From positions 96,100,001 through 96,164,000 of the forward strand of contig OX597816.1 of NCBI GenBank assembly GCA_951406725.2: a DNA stretch of 64,000 nucleotides, in the 5' to 3' direction. Below, piece by piece: positions 1 through 13,944 of this stretch. The position numbers were made by a program, and so were the translations under genes. The stretch's first letter is position 1. The number at the start of each line of letters is the position of its first letter. The stretch comes from Octopus vulgaris (lineage: Eukaryota). The notes beneath the pieces are model-generated. The model saw only the letters and a list, made by a program, of their open reading frames with translations, did no database searches and was not told the origin of the DNA.

Positions 1-268
1 TTACACATAAACGTGGCGAAAATTTCTGAGTCCGTAGTAACCAAAGATGCTGCGCATGCACACAAGGAGGAGAAGGAGATACGAGAAAGATAATCTACTA
101 TAATAATACTCTTGTGTTTTTCTCTGTCACAACATATGAATGGGAAAGGAAGGGATGATAGATGAATAAGGAAGGAAGGGGTGATGGCAAACTTTTAGTG
201 GGAGCGTTTCAACTTTGTATGAGTGTATGTGTGTGTATGTAAAAGGGAGGTATGTGAATGTTTGTGTG

Positions 269-311
<43 letters not shown>

Positions 312-959
312 AATGGAAGTGAGATGGTGAAATTCAACGCTGAAAAGAGAAATCAAACAGTGTTTCAACTCTGTGTGCTTAACATTGAAGAATTGATCAA
401 GATCCAAACTCGCTGCCAGCATGTTGTTCTCTATACCTCTTCTAACTTCCTAACCGGTCCCCCTCCATTCTATATTCCTCAAGCACTTTTTGTTTATTAA
501 ACGCTACCGACTCTACTCTAGTAGCCCTTTTCAGGGCCAGACATATGTCTTTTAATAGGATATACATTCAATACAGTTCAGATCCTTTAGCAGCCGTTAC
601 TGCGAATGTATTGCAGTCGTTCTTGTTGTTGATGTTGTTATTGCTATTCACGTTGGAAACATTGCTGCCATGTGTGTTACCGAGACTACGGAATTACAAC
701 CGTGTTTCGTGGTCTGCTGCCACAACAGCTCCTTCATAGGATCCAGTTAGCTCAAGACATCATCAGGAGGAACCACGTCCGGTTTCGGCCCCTACTTCTC
801 TACCGTTTTGACGTGGCGGGGCCCCTCTTTCGGAAGTGTCTTCAGCTCTGGTGTTGCGTGCATGTCTTCTTTCTTCTTCTTTCTTCTGTTCCCTGGCCTC
901 TTCGATGTATCGTCAGCGAGAGTCCGCCGGTGACTGACTGACTTGTCAAATTTTCCCCT

Positions 960-1860
960 TTAAATACCTGCCGACACGCTCCAGTAGTCAGCCACAGCAA
1001 TTTGTCACGTGACACTGTCTCACCTTAACTGACTAGTGAAGGCGCGTAGTTTTAGCCCGTGCATTCTCTAAACGATCGTCACCTGTCAGTCAGCGAAGCT
1101 GATTCAGTGTCAGCTTGTCTCACCTAGTGATGTTATTTCCCGCTGGCATGTTATGACTTTCAAGCCATTTTCGGTTTTCCCGTTTCAGCTATATATATAG
1201 AAGCTGGCTTTTTCGACCGCCTCCTGTACTCTCCTTATTAGTTTTCGCAGCTCGGAGCTAGAAAAAGCAAATCTTCTTTTGAAAAGCGTTGTCATTTTCC
1301 TTTCAATGAAGCTTCTAACCCCCACTGCCAGGTGATAATATTCGACATTCCATCCCTGTTCTCTGCATTCTTCGATTAGCTTTTCGCACCTCTTCTCCTT
1401 TCGTTCCTCTGCATTACCGATGTTCTCTTCCCAAGGTACTGTCACTTCTAGTAAAATTCCTATTCTCCGGTCTCTGTTCCATAGGACTAAATCTGGTCTT
1501 TTTGTTGTTTTTATTAGTGGAAATATTACTTGTCTTTCCAAGTCCGTGGCCAACTCCCAGTATCCCTTCCATCTTTCGTCTATCTCGTATACTTTACTTG
1601 TAGGCCTGGTTTTATATCCTTTTCCCTCCTTGTGGAAGTATACTTTCCTGCGCTTTTCTAGTTTTGTTGTTATTTTTTCCTTCTATCATTTTTTGTTGTT
1701 GCAGTGGGAAAGGTGATGGAGTTTGGGAAGGCTGCGTGGTCGTATTGTTAACCTTGTTGGTTGATGTTTGTGGTATTGTCACTTTCATTAGGGCGGAAGT
1801 AAATTTTAGAGTTGGAATTAAATTCCGTGCTGTGTTATTGTTGTTGCTGCTGGTGCTGTG
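960..1860 (-). mobile_element. 3' fragment of RLE-type non-LTR retrotransposon (Hero/NeSL-like)
   Basis: ORF 1185-1553(-) reads RPDLVLW...ILLEVTVPWEENIGNAEERKEKR, the PD-(D/E)xK restriction-like endonuclease motif. Boundaries approximate. Confidence 0.8.
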
Positions 1861-2209
1861 AATCGTCTAAGCAGTAGCACGATCCACTAGACTTTGAACT
1901 TGATGCGTGTTTGCCTCCCTTCCATTTGAGGGTTAAAGGCGGAGGACTCTGAAATGTATTGCAACCCACTATCAAAGCTACCTCTGACTTCTCTCTCCAT
2001 GTTTCTACGCACAAAGGACATCGCCCACCAAAAAGGGAAAATTTTCTTTTGGAATTTGATTCCTCAAAAGACCAGAAATAAACAAACCCACCAGACCTCT
2101 GCAGTGCTAATGGTTTTAACAAACGTTTTGTAGCGGAAATTAAACAATTAACAACTTTCAAGGACTCAAATAAACAGATAAATTACGAGCAATGCGACAC
2201 GCATCGACC

Positions 2210-2495
<286 letters not shown>

Positions 2496-2499
2496 ATAA

Positions 2500-4090
2500 T
2501 AAAAATTATTGCAGTTCAAATCTAAGTATGAACGAGACCAACCACCGTCCACACGTTGATGGAATGCCATCATCAGTTTTTAAGTTTCAATTTTATAACA
2601 GGCGAAAAGGAAAAGACAGAAAAAAGGAGGAAAGAAAAAGAAAAAGAATATTTAATCAACCAGCTTTGTGCTAATTTGAGGATATTCTCCGATCATTTTA
2701 TTCATTCCTCCAGGGCGTGATGTTAATAATCTGCAAACATGTTTCCCCTCATGCATTTTGAGAAATAAGTGAAGTAGATTCAGAATATTTTCTGAGAATA
2801 TGTACTTTCAAGTCTTTTCCAAAATTGCAGCCGTTTGAAGCAAAATGTTCAGCAAGTTCTTTCAAACTACTGTTATTGTACCTGACATCATATCTGTGCC
2901 CATTAGGTCTTTTGCATAATTGTTCTGTTGTACAAACAGCATAGATTAACTCGAGTTTCGCGCATTCTACCGCGTACACCAAATGGGAATCTCTACATGT
3001 CCCACCTTCTTTATAAATCATAACATTTCTGTTATGATTCCTGATGGAATTCACTTGACTCATATTGTTGCACAATGAACAGGGCTTACCTCCCTTGCGG
3101 CTGTTTTACAAGGTACAGCATGCAGATACTCCAATGCTGCTTTTTTTTTTAGTCAGAAATAGAGCTCAATAATTCTGTTATATTCTTATTCCGCCTATTG
3201 GCTACAAGAATCGGCTGAGGGAATATCTGTTTGAAACGAGGATGTTTTTCGCCACATGCTGGTAGCTTTTATGCGACACTTTTAGGTGCCAGTTGATCGC
3301 TTAATGCATTCTGTGATCTATTGTATTGCATTTGCTAAAATTATGCGTGAAGGTTTGACTATCCTTGCTAATCTTAGCTATTTCATTAGCTATTTCCTTT
3401 AATCACTGTAACCGCGATTGACATAATGACGTACAAAAACATTTGCATGTTTTCAGTAATTCACTATGTCAGTACAAATCCGTTTTATCCTTAGGATTTC
3501 GGATTTGACTGAATTATGTGATGTGGATGATCCGAGCGGCGGTGGAGGTAAATATGCGATGACATGGGGTTGCAAAATAACTCTGTAACTATTCTGCCTC
3601 CAGAAAACTTAACTTTTGTTACGGTTTATAGATGATGGCTTTCTTGTCTGAGAAGGATCATAGGATAGTTTAATGGACTTCTTGCATTTCTGCGACTGTT
3701 ATACTAAAAACTATGGCTTTAAGTACAACCTAAAATTTACGTCTAGTTTTTCAAAAACTAACGTTGAATTTTTGGACACAAAAGTTTTTTTTTGTTTTTT
3801 TTTTGTAACCAAGGATGTTTCTTCCTCATATTTCAATATTGACCACGATTAAGGGATGGATACATGGTTGCCTTCGAAAAGCAGCAGTCAAACAAAAGTA
3901 TTCCATCAGATTTTCTCTGAAGGTTATTGAGGTTTGTGTTACAATGTAACACAATGAAGTTTGGATAAAAATTTTACCACCGGACAAGGGTTTGCCCCAT
4001 GGGTACCCCGATGGCAGATAATTTCGCTAACGTCTTCATGAAGAAATTCGAGACGCAGTTATTGAAGAGATTCAAATCCTTACATGGCAA
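2500..4090. mobile_element. Decayed, rearranged Penelope-like element (GIY-YIG + RT remnants)
   Basis: Minus ORF 2749-3075 LVYAVECAKLELIYAVCTTEQLCKRPNGHRYDV is GIY-YIG-like. Plus-strand RT remnants: (F)IDDGF near 3630 and MADNFANVFMKKFE near 4010. Half HHR (CTGATGA, minus) at ~2570. Confidence 0.7.
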
Positions 4091-4891
4091 AAAATAAAAA
4101 AACAAAACAAAAAACAGTTTTCGACATGGCTTCGGTGCTTAAAAAAGTTGTTGATTTTAGACACAAAATCAAAAATATCCCGAATATAGGAACTTGATCT
4201 TTTTGCGACAGGAAGTAGAAAGCCATGAAGCCATTCCGAAATCTTGGCGTTTTAATTCAACTGATCAGCTAGACACATGTCTTTCTGAAGTAAATGTTCC
4301 AAGCTTTTCGTCGCTGTTGCAGCGAATGTATTGTTGATATTGTTGTCCTTTATAACTACAACGATGTTATTCGTTGTAGTGGTGGTGTTGGTGGTGGAGT
4401 CGGTTGTTGTCGTGATGCAATTACTACGTGCTGTCTTGGTGATGTCGGAATCGGTTGTGGTCGTGATACTGCTGTATGCAGGGAATTCAGCTTCGTAGTC
4501 TATGATGTTGCTGTATTTGCTGCTGCTTCTATTGGTTGATGTCTTGGCAATTTCGTGCACGAGAATTTGAACCTGCTATGTGCTCCCCTTCTATTTATGG
4601 GTAGTAGGCGGAAGGCACTACGGCGCCTTGACCCTCTCTATCTGATGCACCGCTAATCTCTTCTTCTATGTCCTTCACCATATTTGTTTTATTTTTTTAA
4701 TTAATTTTTGAAGCAATTATCTTGAGATTACAGCATCCAATGGGGCACTAACAACTCAAAACAACCAACATATGCAAAAGTGGTGCTTTGGATAAACGTT
4801 TAGTAACAAAATAAGTGCTTAACAACTTTTGGGAACAAAACTTAGGGCGAAAATCTTACGAGCGTACATATACGTTCATTCCGTCAGGGCG

Positions 4892-5075
<184 letters not shown>

Positions 5076-5499
5076 AGGTTTAACATGTGAAAGCGATAAA
5101 ACACTGCTCCGAAAGCTATCCAAGACCATCGGGAATAATGACATCATATGGAGCCAAAAATAACTGACAGAATGTTGGACTATATCCAAATAATACTCAT
5201 TCAAATTTATTTCTATTTTCCAAAGAAAATGATTTATTTTAACTGGATATCATCTTCAGTACTCGCACAGCACATGTACACATGCTCACCACATTACGAT
5301 CCAATCAACACCAGACCATCTCCGTCTCCAAACGCCATGCACAAAAATTTTTTTTAAATAAAATGAATAATACCGTTATTATTGAACTCAAGAATAACAA
5401 TCGGGAAGTAGTACTTTAACCTTGGTTCCCTTTTTTCTTTTATCTACCACAGCAACGTGTGGTCTTAGACAATCGATTAGGGAGTCATAATGGATTGTA

Positions 5500-6125
<626 letters not shown>

Positions 6126-6760
6126 GCATTACGTACAAAAATTTGGAAGAATATTAACCTGCATAATAGATTTTGATAAAGACATGATAGCATACCTAAA
6201 TGAAGTGATACATTCCAAATGGAGAATTTCAAGCGAAGGCTGTTTCACAATCAAAGAATACACTATTCATGCATACACGCACAGAGTCGAAAACACACAC
6301 ATTCATTGACACACATACTCATACACACAAAAACTTACGCATATATACATACTCTAAAATAAGCGGTCACGAATGGAACTTTACAGAAACGGAAATGGCG
6401 TGCTTAAGCTGAAGAAAATCTCGATAATGGAGAAGACAAATTTATTATTCTTGTATGTGTGTGTGCTATTCCATTTTCGCCACCACCCTTTGTTTTCCTG
6501 ATTTTGAAAGAGTTAGTTTTAATGTGGTTACTTCCCTTCTTTAAAAATCACCATAATCAACTTACGTGTGAACTCGCTTGTTAATTTCCATAACAATCTA
6601 TCAATGCTGCCGATTATAACATGAAACCAATCTCAAAAAATAAACTGCTATAACATGAACATACAAGTGGTATTATATAATTGTGTGTTTATGCATGCAT
6701 TATTTATATATGTATGTATATGTGTGTGCGTGCTTGTGCGTGTGTGTTGTAATATATACT

Positions 6761-6990
6761 TACACAGGTACGAGAAACAAGTTAAAAATAATGGTTATTG
6801 CATGATATATTTATTAGAGTAAATTTGTCTTAGCTGTTTCCAGTAGTTTTATAGGTACATTACCGATATGTTTATCAGTAATGTACCAATAATGACAGCA
6901 GGAAACAACGGTAAGCCTAATTTGCTCTGATAAAGGAATTATATGCAAATGACAATTATTTTAAACTTGTTTCTTATATGTCACTCTGTA
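6761..6990. mobile_element. Fold-back MITE-like palindrome
   Basis: Arms ~6772-6868 and 6873-6975 are reverse complements (agaaacaagttaaaaataat...ggtacattaccgata / tatcagtaatgtacc...attattttaaacttgtttct). TA at the ends. Confidence 0.65.
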
Positions 6991-7600
6991 AAAACCAGTT
7001 TATCGGAAGTTCATCCACGGATTTACAATATAGAATGGCGATGAATCCTAACTTGGAACCCTACCAGAAGATTACTTGGGGTTCTTCATTAATGTAATGA
7101 ATACTGTTTGTCTGGTCTGCCAACAGAGAGTTTATGATAATCTCTCACTATTTGTTTATACACACAGATATACACATAAACATCTATGTATACGATGGCT
7201 GTCGACTCGTTAATGGAGTATAACTTTGCTCAATACAATCACTGATAGACTTCGTACACACAGGCACCGAACTAGTTAAAAACCAACAACATGCGAACTC
7301 GAAGGTAATATGGAATTTGAATATTTACAGTTTTAAATCACTAGAGGATGGTTAGAGATAGTCTATGTGCTATTCGACCGGAAATGAATCTTTAGTCCAA
7401 CAAGTGATTTACAAATTTCTTCACACAGAGGACATGAAAGTGTTTGATTTCGTTGTAAAGACTCTTGGAAGTTGTTATTGTGACATTTTATGCCAAAGCA
7501 GGTTATGTGTGTATGTGTATATATACTTAGCTTGGCAGTGCATGTGTTCTCGTAGAAAGGCTAAAGTCACTGTCCCATAATGTTTAATATCATTATTATA

Positions 7601-7803
7601 GGCTCAGACATAGCTGTGTGGTAAGTTGGTTGCTTCTCACCACATGGTCCCAGTTTCAGTCTCTCTGTGTGGCAACTTGGGCAAATGTCTTCTACTATAG
7701 CCTCACCCAGACCAAAGTAATATGAGTGGATTGTAGATGGAAATTGAAAGAAACCCGCCGAATATATATATTCTCTCTCTATATATATATACACCGTCAT
7801 ATT

Positions 7804-7871
<68 letters not shown>

Positions 7872-8125
7872 CATGCGTGTGTGTGTGTACGTGCATGTGT
7901 GTGTGTGTGTTTATATGTGCTTGTACCCCACCACCGCTTGACAATCAGTGATAGGGTGTTTCCGTTCTCGTGACTTAGCAGTTCAGCAAAAGAGATCGAT
8001 AGAACATGTACAGGGCTTAATAATATAAGTCCTGAGGTCGACTTGTTGGACTAAATTCCATGAAGGTAGTGCTCCAGCATGGCCGCAGTCAAATGTTTGA
8101 AGCAAGTATAAGATAAACAAATTAA
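7601..8125 (+). mobile_element. tRNA-derived SINE family A with internal (TA)n(GT)n
   Basis: Head gctgtgtggtaag..., gggcaa(a/g)tgtcttctactatagcctc, tail gctccagcatggccgcagtc. Homologous to 55359-55827 and 61913-62333. Confidence 0.85.
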
Positions 8126-9164
8126 AAATAAAATATATACGTTTGAATAGTTGCCTTCGGGATATGGATGTAAGATGAAAAAAGTTTTAGACCGCAGTGG
8201 TATCATTTAGACGAAAACTAGAATTTGAAATGAATAAATTATACCCCACCCCAACCAAAAAAAAAAAAATTTTGAAATGCTGAAGAGCATGCGAAATTCT
8301 TCTTAAGTTCACAAATGTAAAGGTTCCTTGCAATTATCAAATGTCGAAGATCGGAAAAGTAATTAGAGTTTTCAGTAATCCATCATTATTTGAAAATATA
8401 TGGGGATATCTCATAAAACTGGGATGTTATAAAACAGGTCGATAGGTGTATACTTACTTATAAAGTTATTCATACATACTTTCAAAAGACTGATATAAAT
8501 AAGAGCAGGGGGTAGGTCAATATTATATTTTAGTTATAATAAAGAATAGAACGGTACTCATTAATTAAACAACTAATTAATTAATTAAGTAATTAATTAA
8601 TTACTCATTAAAAAGCATGCTAGGATTTCTATTAACCATTGTTTCTTTCGGAAAGGAATTATATAAGATATTTCCTATCTGTAGGATAACAAGATCATAA
8701 TTTATATCCTTTAGAAGTTTTTTATTTTATGCTATGAGACACATAGAAGGATTAATAAGCGTTATTTATTAGACGTTGCTATTATATATCATTCGGTTTT
8801 GAAATAGATGAGAGTAAATAGAAATTCTAGCTTGCTTTCTAATACGTAATTAGCAAATTAATTAATTTCTACCTTTTTATCTCTTCCCTATAGAATACAA
8901 CATTTTCCGCTATTGTTTATTTATCCCTGCCGCCTTTTGACGACTACTAGAATTATCAACATTTTATGAAGTACAACTTTTACACCTTTCAAAATATTTG
9001 ATATCCTCACAATACTTTTTGACGATAATCAGTTTAATTAATCAATAAATTAATCAGTGTTGTTTATTACCGGTAGATACCTATACACTAGCCTCGCCAT
9101 TATTTTCGATTCTTTACAATCTTCAAAGTCCACCCGTCACCACTACTTCAAATAATTTAATAAT

Positions 9165-9897
9165 ATGGTTTCAAAAATGCGGAGCACTTTTTGAAGTGAG
9201 TGGGGAATCGATTAAATTGACGCCAGTACTTAACTGGTACTTATTTTATCAACTCCGGAAGGATGAAAGGCAAAGTTGACTGCGGTGGAATTTGAATTCA
9301 GAACGTAAAGACGAAAGAAATGTCGCTAAGTATCTTGCCCGACATGCTAATGACTCTGCCAGCTTGCCGCCTTTGACCACTTAAAATACATTCCTGTGTC
9401 TTATTGATATGAGCGCAATTTAGTTGCAAATCCGATATGCATCTAAAAGAAATACTAGTTTTAAATTTTGGCACAAGACCAGCAATTACGGGGGAAGGGG
9501 TAAGTCGATTAGATCAATCCAATGTTCAGCTGGTACTTATTTTATCTACCCTTAAAGGGTAAAAGGTACAGTCGATCCCAGCAGTATTTGAACTCAGGAG
9601 TAAAATCGGAAGAAATATCGCTATACATTTTGTCCAGTGCACGAACGTCTCTGCCACCTCATCCACTTTACATTTAAAAGAAACTGATTTCAAATTTTGG
9701 CACAAGGCCAGCAATTTACGAGGAGAGAGTAAGTCGATTACATCGAGCCCAGTGTTCAACTGGTACGAATTTTATCGACCTCGAAAAGATACAAGAAACG
9801 AAACGATGACCCTGGCGAAATTTGAACGTGAAGACGGACGAAATGCCGCCAAGCATTTTGCTCAGTATGCTAACGCTCCTGCCAGCTCGCGGCCTCG
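9165..9897 (-). mobile_element. Three tandem copies of SINE family B
   Basis: Copies ~9165-9373, 9458-9665 and 9685-9897. gcatctaaaagaaata is repeated at 9439-9454 and 9897-9912. Confidence 0.85.
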
Positions 9898-10347
9898 CAT
9901 CTAAAAGAAATATCAATAACGATCTATGCTTACTGGAATTCCCATATAAGCACCGACCGATTTTCGATTCAATAAAACTGTAACTTTAGGCAACTTATCT
10001 ACATCGAAAACATTTCGTGTCTTTCTCACAGTGTCTCGGTAACTTTAAATTAAATATTAAGGAGCAGTGACTCCTGAATTTCTATGAAACGACTTCTTTG
10101 TGAATTCACTTCAAACCTTTTTATGCATTTGTGTAACTTTTAGTTTACTTTCTTATAATTTTCTTTTGGTATGCTGTTTAGCTTTTGTTATTTTGCGGAG
10201 CTTTAACTTATGTACCGGGGCTGTGTAAATTTTGTTACGGCATTATGAGTAACATAACAAGAAAATAAATGCACTGTACTTGATAAAATGTATTGAATAC
10301 TTTTTCAAATCCTGACCTCCCCCAGGCCGACTTGAATATCCAACACA

Positions 10348-10393
<46 letters not shown>

Positions 10394-10642
10394 CACAAGT
10401 TTGCAGACATTCATACAAATATATATATATATGGTTTCAAAATGGCCGAGCACTTTTTGAAGTGAATGGGGAATCGATTACATCGACCCATAGTTGAAGG
10501 CTAAATCCACAAGATTTTTTATTCTCTTTCTGTTTGTTTTCTCTTATTCCTGCATGTCTCTTGAAAAGCGTAGGCTCCAAAACAGTAAAGTCAGTCACCA
10601 CATCAAAGTGGGTGTTGAATGTTACTACTGGCATGTAGGGGC

Positions 10643-10691
10643 TCGCGACTGCGGAGGAGCCAAATAGATCGAAACTGAGTTAGTCTTGCGA
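10643..10691 (+). ncRNA. Type-I hammerhead ribozyme motif (A6>C core change)
   Basis: tcgcga CTGCGGA g gagc caaata gatc GAAAC tgagtta GTC ttgcga. Stem I 6 bp with one G-U; near-palindromic stem III. Confidence 0.6.
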
Positions 10692-11993
10692 TCCTGTTAG
10701 GTGCTAGAGGTGGTAGGGGTTCGCTCCCCCTGTTGGCAATGTTTTGTATATAAAGGATGCAGTGTGTCACACCGATTACCAGCTGGCGGTGAATCTGCCA
10801 TGGGTTAAACTAGTAGCAATATTCCACAGCCACTTTGATGTGGCTACTGACTTTACTGTTTATATATATATATACATATTCGTCAATTGTAAATAATGTA
10901 AATAATTCCTCATCTCTTAAATATAGAACGGAACTTAATCTATGTTCTCAAATGTGGAGGGTGTGGTGGGGACTACATAGGTCAAACTAGCTTAACTTTG
11001 AGGCATAGACTTACGGTGCACAGGCAACAAATAGGGGACCCCACCACTGGGAAAATTCCCTTAAGCAAGCACCTAAATCAATGCCCCATAGATATAAACG
11101 CTAAATACCAAATCTTCCCTCTGTAACAATGCACTGGAAACACTTCAACCCAATTCCGTTTAATAAGGAAAACATACTGATTAATAAATATAAACCACAG
11201 CTGAATATCCTTTAAAAAGAAGAAAAAGAAGTTAAAAAAACGACTAAATTTCAACACAAAAAAAACCCAACCAGGAACAATAAACATTCTTTTAAAAAAT
11301 TTAGTAACAATCTTTCACCCGGATTCCGAAACTGCAACTCCAAATCACTATACAATCACCAGTTGCCGATGTCACCTACATCTTGTTCAATGAAATTTTA
11401 CTAACACCAGTTGCTGACGACACCTAACTCCAGACTAATCAAAACCGAACTTCAGTAAATACAACGAAATGATCCTTTAAGAGGAACAACCAGCCGAAAA
11501 GTCTTATGACCATCTCCACAGGGAAACCAACCAAGCAGAACGACAAGCTTGACCACTGGAAAAAAATGTCACCAGTAAATATGAATCAAAAATCAGATCC
11601 GCTTGCGGAAAAAAAATATTAATACATCTGATCTCAAAACATACCACTACAAGCGAAAGCCTCTACAGAAAGAGGATCAGAGAAACTGTAAACCAAATTC
11701 CTTTTTTTACGATTTTTATTTCTCCCTTGTTTTTTTCAGTATGTCTTGTTGACCACCTTTAAAATTAATGAATTTTGTACATTCAAACAAATTGATATAC
11801 AGTTTTAATATTATTGACTGCTATGAATATTCAAACTTACACCTGTCCTCCTAATTCATAATGCAAAATTTATCTGTTTTCGACATGTTAGTTTGTCAAC
11901 ACTGAAACTGCTAAAGATGTTTTTCTAATTCATAATTATAACTTTTACCATTAATAAACAAAGATGTTTTTCTCATTCACAACTTTAAACTTT

Positions 11994-12035
11994 TACCATT
12001 GATAAACTAAAAATATTGTTGAAACTAGTTTGGTA
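11994..12035 (+). ncRNA. Degenerate minimal hammerhead motif near 3' end of a Penelope-like remnant (~11050-12125)
   Basis: tacca TTGATAA actaaaaatattgtt GAAAC TA GTT tggta. Stem I tacca/tggta, palindromic ACTAGT stem III, core U3...A8. Confidence 0.5.
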
Positions 12036-12122
12036 TACATGTATATAAATATATTTTAAACATTTACGAGCTTTTGAAATCTAAGTGCATTTTCAACAAC
12101 ACATTTTCCTAAATATCAAAAT

Positions 12123-12168
<46 letters not shown>

Positions 12169-12328
12169 ATATATATATATATATGAGCTATCTCTTTCTC
12201 GAGAGAAGAAAGAGATGAGCGCTTCAATTCTATGCTGCTGCCGCATTATGTCGTACGGGAATGAGAGGATTTGCATCCCCAACCAAGAATTTTTGATGTA
12301 ACACATGTCCTTGCGGAAGCTGTTGTGC

Positions 12329-12406
12329 GCGGCTGAAGAAGGCCACAGACATACATTATGCATTGTTATAAATCTGTCTAATAAAGGCCCGAAACATACG
12401 TACCGC
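12329..12406 (+). ncRNA. Type-I hammerhead ribozyme motif, intact core
   Basis: gcgg CTGAAGA a ggcc...ggcc c GAAAC atac GTA ccgc. Lies in a 334-bp unit (12184-12517) flanked on both sides by (TA)n. Confidence 0.75.
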
Positions 12407-12513
12407 TGAATCCTTCGCATCATGTTTTTATTTTATTTTGATCAATTTACTCCACCACCTACACCACCAAACGGTATACACAGGTGCTTATAATTATCAA
12501 GTACTCACCCCGA

Positions 12514-12550
<37 letters not shown>

Positions 12551-12670
12551 TATATGAAGTATGCATGTATGTATATAATTTGCGTTTCAGTGTGTTTGTA
12601 CGTATGTATGCAATCTAAGTTTATGTATATATATATGTGTATGTATAAACGTAAGTGCATATGTGTGTGC

Positions 12671-12739
<69 letters not shown>

Positions 12740-12909
12740 TGTATAGTATGCCTTGCTGCGTTCAACTGTTAGGTATATCTATCAATGTGAGTGTGTTTTT
12801 GTGGAATTTGAAACGAAGAATATATTTCAATGATATCACACTTCGAAATCCATGTATATTGGCAACAACAGTTTCAACAAAACCACCAATAACTACATCA
12901 AATGAATAT

Positions 12910-13025
12910 AGGTTTCAAATTTTGTCAGAGGGCCAGCAATTTTAGTGGTGAGTGTAAGTCGATTACATCGACCCCAATATTCAACTGGCACGTATCGACC
13001 CCAAAGGGATGAAAGGCAAATTCGA
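12910..13025 (-). mobile_element. SINE family B fragment
   Basis: ggtttcaaattttg...aagtcgattacatcgacccc...gatgaaaggcaaa. Confidence 0.7.
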
Positions 13026-13293
13026 TGGCTAAACAACAAATTATTTTGTTCTGTCTGTTTAATCTAAGAGTTATATGCACAGAATGAAGTGTTATGATAG
13101 CTCATAGTAGGTCGGTAGTTTATAATGTCATCACCCATAGGATCGGGTGAGTAGGAGAAGAGGTAGAATAGTCAATTAAAAATAACGGTCAACAACTGCT
13201 GTATATTGTTTTCATCCAACTCTACCAACACACCATTCCTTGTTCAGTGATCTATTCCTCTTTCTCCCACTTCCTTCTTTATTCCTCTTTCCA

Positions 13294-13324
<31 letters not shown>

Positions 13325-13944
13325 CTCTCCCGATTACTGCTGGCTGTTAACAATGCACTCTAATTAAGATATCACAATAGGTATGTGTTAAACTTATTGT
13401 TTTCCAAGGAAAGATTAAAAGTTAAACCAAGTATAATTAAAGGAGAGATAAAAGTACACTGACAGCCTCCATCCATTTAATCGTTTCACAGCAGCTGTAA
13501 ATCAAACACATTGAAGACACAAAACTTTCCGAACGTCATTTACAAATAACACTTTTTTGTTTTTATTTTATTTTTTTGCTTTCGTTTTACTGTAATTTAT
13601 TTCATTTCATTCAAAATACGCAATCAGTGTAATTTTAGCTTTTTCTTTTCTTATATTCTATAGATTTAATTGCATTTACATATCAGCATTTTCTGTTTAC
13701 TTACATGGTTGTATATCTTCTGAGTACTTTCTTTTCACAATTGTTGTCGATAATGTATGAGGATCTCCTGCCTAAAATCTAGTATCATCTACATATACCA
13801 AACCCCACACTGGTAGGCTTAATTGCATACTTTTTGTGCACAAATAACGTTTCCTTAGACAAATATATCATCGTGTCTTTTATAAGCACAGTAAGAGGTA
13901 ATATTTATACCCACTGAATCGTGAATGTTCTCTTCGAACAAAGC

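Noticed and set aside
8275-8305. CTGAAGA gcatgc GAAA as a hammerhead
   Set aside because: Stem II only 2 bp; no stem I or III pairing.
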